Source: Takakia lepidozioides (Eukaryota; Plantae; Bryophyta). Taken from it: a stretch of DNA of 64,000 nucleotides. The stretch lies in contig CM060731.1 in the NCBI GenBank assembly GCA_030704615.1, positions 95,294,001 through 95,358,000 on the forward strand, written 5' to 3'. Under the pieces are notes generated by a model that made no database searches, had not been told where the DNA came from, and worked only from the letters and a program-made list of their open reading frames with translations. Every line of letters begins with the position of its first letter. The stretch's first letter is position 1. The translations under genes were made by a program, and so were the position numbers. This document shows, piece by piece, positions 54,148-64,000 of the stretch.

Positions 54148-54688
54148 TGTCGTGCGCATAACGTATCGCTACATAACTACAAAATCGCTGTCCAAACCAC
54201 ACCACACATATATGCACAATAAAGTAGTCTGCCAAATGATTGAACAAGCTAAGAGACACACTGTTTCACACACCAGAAACAACATGAATCCATCGCTATC
54301 ACTCGTTACAACACAGAAGTCGAGCCAGGGGCAACCCTAAGCTATGGGGACTCCACCCCACAACAACCTATACTCCCATCATAAGCACACTCAGTCCTAA
54401 ACGATGCAGGAGCTCCGTCGCGCAGGCTCAACTCGAGAGAGATGAGCTGCGCGACTGCCGCTCTCGTGAAGATAAGGTGGTTCAGGTGTCAAACTAAACT
54501 TGACACCTGATTTAACACTTGACCTAAATCCAAGTGTTAAATACAAATAACTAGCTTTATTCTAGTTGTTTTCACACACTGTGCTTATTTAACTTGACAG
54601 CTGTCGTGCGCATACGTATCGCTACATAACTACATAACTCGCTGTCCAAACCACACCACACATATATGCACAATAAAGAGTCTGCCAC
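54148..54688. mobile_element. LTR-like 452-bp unit (TGTC...GACA, 54148-54599) followed after 2 nt by the start of a second copy
   Basis: 54148-54235 is repeated at 54602-54688. Confidence 0.55.
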
Positions 54689-54713
54689 AATCGTCCCCTA
54701 GCTGGTGGGTAGG

Positions 54714-55987
54714 GAGGTTTACTATTTCATGAGCGCATGAGCCCATGAGCCCATGCCTATGAGCTCATGAGCGGACATCCGCGAATTGGAATTTTCCTGC
54801 CTTTATTGACGTGTTATGTCCTCTTACCTCGGTAACAGGGTCTGTTTCTCCTGGTCCAGGATGCGGAATGAGGTATTTCGGCGCCGTTATTCCAGAGCCA
54901 TGTGCTAAAATGGTGTTTTGAAGACATCCACCGGGGTATTTCGGCACCGAAATTACCTCTTAAATTGATATAATGGCGGTATTTATGGCGCAGAACGGCT
55001 ATTTTGGGCGCCGAAATACCCCAAGGGGAATGTGCTGAAGTGCCTTGTGCTGAAGGCTTCCATTGCGATATTTTGGTACAGTGATTCATCCGCGGAATTT
55101 TTTGAGGCCCATATAACGAAGGCGCGCATTGGGCTATTTCGGCGCCAATTTCACCAATAGGAATGTTAGAAACGGCGGGTTTTCATGGCTTCAAGTTCTC
55201 GCTCGATGGGGTGCATAAATAACTTGTATGGTTCTCACTGAAGTTTGCGTCTCTTCTGCTTTTATTATACATGTTGGTTGGCCGGAAGAAATGTATGGAA
55301 TCGACAAGCAGTCTGAACACAATGATTTTTTCAAAAATATTTTCATTAAGTGTTTCAGAACTGTACAACAAAAGGATCCAAATGAGACTTTGCTATGGTG
55401 AGGATCCGCTATCACTGTCCGATGCATCCCCGGGTCTCATGCAAGGATGGCTTGCCTTCCACCTGCCTCCAACCTGCCTGCCGCTGTCGCTACCGCTGTT
55501 ACTCTGAGAAGCCCTCCCCTCAAAAATACCATCCTCACCAGCCGGAACTGTCCACCTGGGTGCGGAAGTGTCCTCAACATTCCCCGCGCTCTCGACGCGG
55601 ATTCTATTACGAACTCCCTACTCTGCCTTTCACAATTCTATGTTTGGCCTCATGCCTCATTATAATTCTCTGCTCATTCCCGTATGTCAATTGCTCTAAC
55701 CGAGTAGGCCTATCCTCCCTCCTGATGGGCTTCTCTGGCACCGTGTCTGCATAGGCTGGTAGAAAAAAAGGCTTATGGGGACTCGCGAGAAACGATTTTT
55801 TGGCAAAGAATGGCCGATGCGATTCTGTCTCCTCCTCTGCAATACAGGGTCCGAATTCGGGCAAGTCTCCCAGCTTCTCTCCTCGGCGGACGACTCTGCA
55901 AGGCTGAGTGTACGCACAAACATAAATGAATTACATTAGATATTCAACAGGGATCATCGGCAGGTTGCATGGTCCCTACAACCGAAA
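54714..55987 (+). mobile_element. Terminus of a related MULE family member
   Basis: GAGGTTTACTATTTCATGAGC plus CATGAGC repeats, then TATTTCGGCGCCG-type motifs. The body differs from both ends of 38583-53525. Confidence 0.75.
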
Positions 55988-56487
55988 NNNNNNNNNNNNN
56001 NNNNNNNNNNNNNNNNNNNNNNNNNNNNNNNNNNNNNNNNNNNNNNNNNNNNNNNNNNNNNNNNNNNNNNNNNNNNNNNNNNNNNNNNNNNNNNNNNNNN
56101 NNNNNNNNNNNNNNNNNNNNNNNNNNNNNNNNNNNNNNNNNNNNNNNNNNNNNNNNNNNNNNNNNNNNNNNNNNNNNNNNNNNNNNNNNNNNNNNNNNNN
56201 NNNNNNNNNNNNNNNNNNNNNNNNNNNNNNNNNNNNNNNNNNNNNNNNNNNNNNNNNNNNNNNNNNNNNNNNNNNNNNNNNNNNNNNNNNNNNNNNNNNN
56301 NNNNNNNNNNNNNNNNNNNNNNNNNNNNNNNNNNNNNNNNNNNNNNNNNNNNNNNNNNNNNNNNNNNNNNNNNNNNNNNNNNNNNNNNNNNNNNNNNNNN
56401 NNNNNNNNNNNNNNNNNNNNNNNNNNNNNNNNNNNNNNNNNNNNNNNNNNNNNNNNNNNNNNNNNNNNNNNNNNNNNNNNNNNNNNN
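55988..56487. other. Assembly gap (500 N)
   Basis: Run of N. Confidence 1.
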
Positions 56488-59400
56488 CAAGGGCAGTATG
56501 ATGCCCCCTTGTTCGCCATGATCTGGAAGTCGGTGCAATTGCAGGTTAGTAATTCTGAAATGGTGATGGTGTACACCTCATTGCGAACAGCTGAGCCTGC
56601 CGTGGCCATCTGATACACACGCCCGAATCCTGGTGGGGGCACTTCTGTCGAGCTCTGGATTGTACAGTTCATCCGAAGTGCATTCCCCATCATTGTCTCG
56701 TTCACTTTTGAGGGAGGTCGCCGCCTCTTCGGTTTCCCCCAACGGTGTGTAGGATGCTTAGAGCTGTCGTGTCCCATTGTTCTTGCTCTCACAGGGGTCG
56801 GTGGTGGAGGCTGTGGAAGTGGAAATGGTTGTCTGGGGACGTCAGTGCGCTGCACCATCCGAAATCCTGCGGCGGTAAGGGCGTCGGCCTCAACCTGACT
56901 CAGATCGCAGCCTGGTTCCACCGGCCACACCGGGGGAGCCTCTGGCATTGTTTGTATGCCGTACTTGGGCTTTCCATACACGCAAGTCATAATGTCGTGC
57001 CTACAGAACCAGAACTGGGTGGTTGTCGCCTCCGCAAACTTTGCATGGACAAATCTTCCTGTAAAAGTAGGAGCAGGGACAGCCCCATCTGGATTCCTCC
57101 TTATCATCTCTAAACAATGTTGCCGTGTATCTTGGCTTCCACTGCTGGAAGACACATTGTGCGGCAACATGACGGGACCTCGAGGTGCTGTCCGAATGTT
57201 CCTGTCGGATCTCTAGGAATCCTCTTCGCACCCGGGTTCCTCTTCAATCCTCCGCCTCACAGGGCGAGTCCGGATGTCCCCCTCTAGGTGTTCACCTCTG
57301 CGGTGCAGAGGCGTCCCTTTGATCTTCTCTCGCAATGCTGTCGCCCATTTCAGTGGATTCTTGGACCTCGAAGTTGTTCGTACCAACAATTCCTCCCTGT
57401 CCGGCCCAAAGCCCCATTGTTTGCTGCTCAGGAACTTGTAGTACGTGGCTTGCTACATGATTGCTCTATCGATGTCCTCCGTTGTGGCCGTCACTACGTC
57501 CACCAGATGTGCGGCAGAAGACGCTCGCCAGGAGGAGTGGACCGATTCTGCCATATTCGTGTTTGGCATGTCCGTGTCGGAATCCAAGCACCGCTCCTAG
57601 AAGGACACAAACAATGGTGAGGGACCAATCGAAATGTCCGTAACAGAAAGACAAATGAACGAAAATGACAGCAGCCTACCTCCCGCATGTACTGTCCGAA
57701 CTGTCGATACCGAAAATGCCACCACCCCAACCAGCTGTGCAATGCTCCCAGATTGGTTGTCTCCACTGCACCTGACGTGTTCCACCAAGCCTCGATGATA
57801 GCAATCTTAACCTCCGCGTCATCAAATGTGGGTGCATCCTTCCACGCCGTACAAAGGACACGGTGTTCAGCCTGGAATGAGCTAGCAACAAATTTGGAAG
57901 TGTAGTGAGATAGACTCTGCATCCAATGGAATCCACAGGATCTCTCTTTCCCCTCCATTGGAACATTGGGGTCCTCACCGTACACACGCCGCACCGCTGC
58001 CCAGTTGGCCTAAGCGTTGTCTGCCATGAATCCCCTGAAATTGGGCTCTGGCAAATCCCGCCCTTGCCATCTGCTCGTTTATGCCCTCCCACAGATGCAT
58101 CTCGGACTGTGTGTCCTCCCCTTTCATCTCGCAGATTGCAATCGTCATGAGCCTCTTGGAGTGATAGTCATAAACATGCGCACCCATAGTCACCCACTGA
58201 TGGTTTGTAATTCGCTTGATGTGATCAAACATCACCCAAGCATTCGACAAGTTTCCAGTTGTCATGCGAGTGACCAAGTCGACTCCACTCCCAGGCCCAC
58301 ACGTCGACATTTTGAAAATGTAACAACGATCGGATTTGCTGCCTTGCCCTGGAAACCTGCTACCTTGGATGTAGTCATATCCAGTCATTCGTTTCACCTC
58401 CAGGATTGAGTACATGTCCGACCCCCTGCCGAACTCCTGCTTGCAAGATACGATGTGATTCCGCACATTCGGACTACAAACGTGCGAGACGGACTCCAAG
58501 AGGTCACGCATCTTGTCTTCGGTCAAGGGCTCTCGGTCGGAACCATCTTCAGACATATTTTGCCAAGAGCAATCTTGTGGGCTGCCTTCAGCTGAATCTG
58601 CTTTGGTCTGGCTCCGGGGCTCAATTTCACCTCCTCTTTTATGATGTCGTGTGCTTCCTGGACAGCCTCACGCATGTTGCCTCTCGCCAAGGGGTGGCAG
58701 TGGACCCCAACGTGTATGCAAGCTCTAGTCAAGTCCGGGAGCAAATGGATTACGTAATATTGCTTGGCTCTGCACATGGACATGCACGTCGGTGGTTCTT
58801 TGCAATGTGCACACTTGAAAGAACCCGCAGGAGCTTGGCTGGAGACAATGAATGGATGATGCGTTGTGCCAGTCCAATCCGTCTCGTTTCTCCGCCCTCC
58901 TTTGGAGAGAAAGTGGAAGCAGGTGGGATTGAGGCACCTCAGCTTCCCCGCACAGAGGACATATCGTACACGAACACCATCAGCAATTTTCGTGCTACTG
59001 GTCTTCGTCACACACCAGGGGTGTCCGTCATGCTTTCGATCCATGTCTGTTAACATCCCGGAGGCTTTGTTTGACGAAGAAACAGATGGAAACTCGAAGA
59101 TGACATTGCCATCGACTTCGGGAGGCAGAAACGTTACCTTTCTGACTGGGAATTTGGCATAGTCGAGAGCAGCCAGCTCGGAGCGAGAACCATCGAGGTG
59201 ATGTTGTCGTAGGAGCTGCACAATGGACCGGGTTGGAGTTATGCTCAGGGCACATGCGTAGCACCTACAGAGACGTCCATGCCGGATTTGAACGACTGTG
59301 TGGAGGACATGGGTACCTCAATGCAATCATCTTCCTCGTCGGAAATGTCGAATACGTCCACACGAGAAGCTATGGAGGGTCTTGACGGTCCAGGTCGGGA

Positions 59401-59775
59401 ATGATTATCGTTGCATACCTCTCTGTTGGCAGTGGCCGCCTGTCGGTTTCCGGACTCCTTTGTGGATGGTGTGGGCAGCGACTGATTCGGAAAGGGAATG
59501 GGCATTCCCACAGTACAGCGGTACAGGATGGTGTCTGATGGGGGGACGCGCCATTCCATTCCGCAACCTCCGTCGTTACCTAGCACGACAATGGTCTCGT
59601 CAACCTGCCCAGAAACATCCTTCCTTTCTTCTTCCAAATAAACTGTGCCCGGTTTGAGCTTGAATTTAGAACAAAGGTAAGTTTCAGTCACTCTGCAAAG
59701 TCCTCCCTCGTTTGGGATCCAGGCTCTCCCAAGTTGGGGAGGACAGCAAACTATAGCGTAGGAATTCGGAGCCAT
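56488..59775 (-). pseudogene. GCM-like/DDE/SWIM MULE transposase, second copy (fewer frameshifts, same premature stops)
   Basis: ORFs 59245-59787, 58523-59221, 57975-58556, 57494-57994 and up to 57170. Confidence 0.85.
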
Positions 59776-60189
59776 CGAAGACCGCACGAAGTTGGCAAGT
59801 GCGAGGATCAGTATAGCGAGAGACCAAGGCTCACAGGCACCACGTCAGTGGTAATGCGGAGTCCCCGCCTATTGAAGTAGAAGTATTGTTTCAAGCTACA
59901 TGCATGAAGGTGGGCGGTGTGATTCCATATGCAGTAAGTGTCACAATGATGGCCGATTCGGCGACGAAATAACATCTCCTGACAGTGGATCAAGTAGAAT
60001 CGGGGTGCAGACATGAACGTTTGCACTGTCAAGTGCCAGGGGTGCTAGTTAAAACGGTTAGATACCCAAGTTGTGCTCATTAACACAGGCCGCAATTGTG
60101 TTGTTTCGGAGCACTGCAACCCATTGCACATGGATGAATGGGAAGGCGGTCCCGCAACCCAGTTCGACATCATCCACTCCTTGATTGTG

Positions 60190-61715
60190 ATCGGAAATGC
60201 GGTGCCGGATTTCCGTCCGATTTCTTTCATTGGAATCCAGACAGGTTACCCATATCTGACCGGTGTGCTACTTTCCATTGCTGTTGGACGGAAATACGGC
60301 GCCGCATTTCAATTTTGAATCTTAGTCATGCACCAGTGGCACTTAAATGCGGCACCGCATTTTCGTCCACCAGAGACCTTCATATTCTTCAGAACGGAAA
60401 TACGGCACCGCAATTCCGCTTTGGGCAGACTTTCATACTGTTAACCCTGAACCACCGGAACTGTAATGCGGCACTGCATTTCCGTCCGAGTCCCACCTTC
60501 GGACATTCCAGATCGGAAATGCGGCGCCGCATTTCCGTTTTCAATCTGTGGCATGGAGCTGTGGGACCGAAATGCGGCACAGCATTTCCGTCCGGGGCAC
60601 TGTATCATACTCTGCAGAACGGAAATTCGGCACCGCATTCCCGTTCTGAGTCAAAATCGTTATCCACCGGAACTGTAATGCGGCACCGCATTTCCGTCCC
60701 AGTCCCGTGGCTTGGAGCTGTTGGACCGAAATGCGGCACAACATTTCCGTCCGGGGCAGTGTTTTTTTATACTCTGTAGCACGGAAATTCGGTACCGAAT
60801 TCCCGTTCCAAGTCAAAATCGTGATCCACCGGAACTGTAATGCGGCACCGCATTTCCGTCCCAGTCCCGCCTTCGGACATTCCAGATCGGAAATGCGGCG
60901 CCGCATTTCCGTTTTGAATCTGTGGCAGTGAGCTGTGGGACGGAAATGCGGCACCGCATTTCCGTCCGGTGCAGTGTTTCATACTGTCCCGAACGGAATT
61001 GCGGCACCGCATTCCCGTCCTGAGTGAAAATCGTGATCCACCGGAACTGTAATGCGGCACCGCATTTCCTTCCGAGTTCCGCCTTCGAACATTCCAGAAT
61101 GGAAATGCGGCGCCGCATTTCCGTTTTCAATTTGTGGCATGTAGCTGTGGGACGGAAATACGGCACCGCAATTCCGCTTTGGGCAGACTTTCATACTGTT
61201 AAGAACGGAATTGCGGCACCGCATTCCCATCCTCAGTGAAAATCGTGATCCACCAGAACTGAAATGCGCGACCGCAATTCCTTCCGAGTCCCGCCATCGG
61301 ACATTCCAGAACGGAAATGCGGCGCCGCATTTCCGTTTTCAATCTGTGGCAGTGAGCTGTGGGACGGGAATGCGGCACCGCATTTCCGTCCGGGGCAGTG
61401 TTTCATACTGTCAAGAACGGAATTGCGGCACCGCATTCCCGTCCTGAGTGAAAATCCTGATCCACCGGAACTGAAATGCGGGATCTCAATTCCTTCCGAG
61501 TCGCGCCATCGGACATTCCAGAACGGAAATGCGGCGCCGCATTTCCGTTTTCAATCTGTGGCATGGAGCTGCGGGGCGGAAATCTGGCACCGCATTTCCG
61601 TCCGGGGCAGACTTTCATACTCTTCAGAATGAAATTTCCACTCTCATTCATCCAGCGCTGGGACGGAAATGCCATGATATGTGAACGCGTGGACAAACGG
61701 AATTGCGGCACTTGT
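60190..61715. repeat. 52-53-bp phased palindrome array, second copy
   Basis: Reverse complement of 47356-48865. Confidence 0.95.
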
Positions 61716-62242
61716 CTGCTCTCCATGTGTCTGAAGTGACAAGAGGCGGCGCGGCCTGACCGTTGGTTAATGTTCGTTTTGGACGGCAGGCGTACCCTTG
61801 ACGATTGGAGTTTCGTAATGACGCATAGTCCACGCGGACACACTTTCATGGAAGCCTTTCGAATCCAAGTGGTGCATTACTGCCGTTACATCTTCTGTCG
61901 TGTCTACTCAGCCACCCCTCTCGCGCCCTTTCCATCTGCACTCTTCTCCCCTTTTCCCTGTCTCTGTTCTTCTTATGCTCGAACCTGAGAGGGGGGGAGT
62001 TCGTGCACCAGACAGGAGACCTCGTCGCAAGCTCCGAAAATTATACTTCGGACGTAGGCCAATGCCGAAGGGGAGGAAGCAGATGCGTCTACAGGAGGAG
62101 ATTGCCATCTCCGAGCAGCAGGCCACTCAGGCAACCCAGCCACCAGTGAGAGCTCCATGCGATCGGGCTGCGCGCAGCTGATCGAGCACCGAACCCCCCA
62201 TTTTGCTTCTGTAATTCTTAGACTGAATGCTAGGAGACTTGA

Positions 62243-64000
62243 ATGCAGAACATGTTTGCATGCCTAACAGGAAAGGTGGACGTGCTGGAGGGATCGCAGG
62301 AATCCGAAGAGCCGCAGGAAGAGTCCGTGGAGCTAGCTGCAGCACGTACACCCACCCGATCCCCGAGCGCGGGTATTCCTGCCGGGCCTAGCCCTGTGCG
62401 TTTCAAAGACGCGGCTTCGAAGGGCAAGTTCAAAGCCCCAGAGATCGACTCGCGTTCTTCGGTCATGGAGAATCGCCAGCAGGGGTCGGGCCCTTCTCCA
62501 GCAAAGTCGAAGAAGAAGCAGCCCGTCCCTCTACTGGTTTCTGAACCGGCTCAGGCCGTTTCACCCCCACCAACGCGAATGAAGCAGCAGGGTAAAAGAC
62601 AGATTCAATTGCAGCAGACACCTTCACCTGCAAGGATGAGGAAGCAGAAGGCAATCAGGGCGACGGCCGAACAATCTCCCGCAAAACCGCTTCCACGAGC
62701 TGAAGCTCAGTTCCTGGAGGATTTCCCGCCTGCAGATGTTGGGGCCGTCTCTGCTGCAGCGAAGGCAATGGGATCGACCGTTTTTGTCGATTTGGTACCG
62801 GAGGAGGGTGCTGCCGCTCAACGTTCGCAGCAAGACCTCACCACCGATGAGCAAGCAGGCCCGGAGGAGGCCTCTGCAATGGCAGAATTGCCCGCAAACA
62901 GGCCCCAGAGTGCAGCTCCAGTTGAGGATGCTCCAGCTGCTCAGCCACTACCGGCACCTACAGACATGTCTCCGGAGGATTTCAAAAGTGCAGCGGATAA
63001 AATGTTGGAGGAGACACACAGTAGCATTGGCAGAGTTCTGGGCAGCAGGGTATTCCAGCGGACTCTTCGAATCCCACTCTGTCGCATGGTCTCCCTTCCC
63101 ATCGTCAGGCAGGCCCTTCCCGGAGATGTGGATAAGCTGAAGTTCGCATTTCGAGAAGGGTACCGTCTGGGATCGGCAGCGTTTTACGTTTCCATTGAGA
63201 ATGAGGACGGCGAAACTCGTGGACCCACTGCCGATGAATTGTCAACGTGGGATACCCACTGGCACACTCGCAACGACGAATTCGAGGCGACGCTGAAGGG
63301 TGATCCAGACTTCGGCCATATGTCGGGTAAAATGTTCTTTGTGTGGGACGGGAATCACCGACTTCTTGCCTGGTGGGAGTACATCAAGCAGAACCATGCC
63401 AAGCACATTGGCTGGCATTACATGGTGGAGTGTGTCATCCTGAAGGTGAAGGCGGCAGACTCCTCCCTGCTCAAGAATGCCATGGCGGACCTCAACTCGT
63501 AAGATACTCATACCCTCCCTAGCACGTTCGAAATGCGGTGCCGCATTTCGGTTTCCATTCTGGTTTGTTTCCGTGCTTCCGTGTACTGAACTGGAGAGTG
63601 TGCCTTGCAGGGTCACTGAGAATGCGTACGTGCATACCCACATGGCACATATGCTGTACAGGGTGAGGAAAACTGGTCTCACTGATCCGCAGATGTTTGC
63701 GGAAATGCTGGAGCCCGAGCTCATTCAGAAAGCCGTTGCAAAAACAGACCGGACATGGTATCGTCTCACTATGGATGGAATGGTGGAGGTGATATACGAA
63801 GTAAGTCGTCCTCCAATTTCCCTCTGCTCATCCTTCCCCAATTTCCAGTAATCTTTCCACATGAATCGAATGTAACGCTTCTGCATGTTTTTGTTGGCAG
63901 TCAAACATCAAGCTGGATTTGGCCCATGCCAAACGCTTCTTCATGGAAAGTGAGGGGCAGGTCAAAACGTTGCAGTCATTGACTGAGCACTTGAAGGAAG
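62243..64000 (+). CDS. 5' part of the ParB-like/MTase-like gene, second copy (intact 419-codon first ORF; introns 63499-63610 and 63801-63900)
   Basis: Uninterrupted ORF containing FFVWDGNHRLLAW; runs off the window. Confidence 0.78.

Larger units (their letters stand above)
56488..64000 (-). mobile_element. Near-identical inverted copy of 45063-52551 of the MULE
   Basis: End points match by reverse complement; same genes and array. Confidence 0.95.

Noticed and set aside
54714-55987. Terminus of the inverted copy at 56488-64000
   Set aside because: It does not match the reverse complement of 52552-53525 beyond the TIR.
55926-57170. Long ORFs containing X
   Set aside because: They are read through the 500-N gap.
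45063-64000. One giant foldback element with 7.5-kb arms
   Set aside because: The first copy has its own TIRs and TSD, unrelated DNA intervenes, and orientation across the gap is unverified.

Overview
Eukaryotic DNA made almost entirely of nested transposons, probably from a non-seed land plant (GT-AG introns, tRNA-iMet-primed Gypsy elements, plant-type hAT). Frequent single-base indels suggest an imperfectly polished assembly. Contents: (i) at least five copies or fragments of one Galadriel-like chromovirus family (~727-bp TG..CA LTRs, PBS TGGTATCAGAGC, chromodomain, one clear 4-bp TSD), nested in each other and in other elements; (ii) a second Gypsy family whose integrase ends in a PHD finger; (iii) a decayed hAT element with ~50-bp palindrome arrays and an adjacent RING-finger gene; (iv) the highlight, a bounded ~14.9-kb Mutator-like DNA transposon at 38583-53525 with short TIRs and an 8-bp TSD (GCACGTAG). 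It carries a GCM-like/DDE/SWIM transposase, a divergent multi-exon gene that appears to fuse a ParB/Srx-like domain to a beta-class amino (N6-A/N4-C) DNA-methyltransferase-like domain, a head-to-head pair of unknown paralogues, and many copies of the palindrome AAATGCGG(C/T)(G/A)CCGCATTT. The palindrome occurs in 52-53-bp-phased arrays, intergenic DNA and introns. A diverged relative (1-2830), a related TIR (54714) and a near-identical inverted copy beyond a 500-N gap (56488-64000) point to a family, with different GGCGCC-centred motif variants in the diverged members. All domain calls come from motif recognition by eye; no searches were run.
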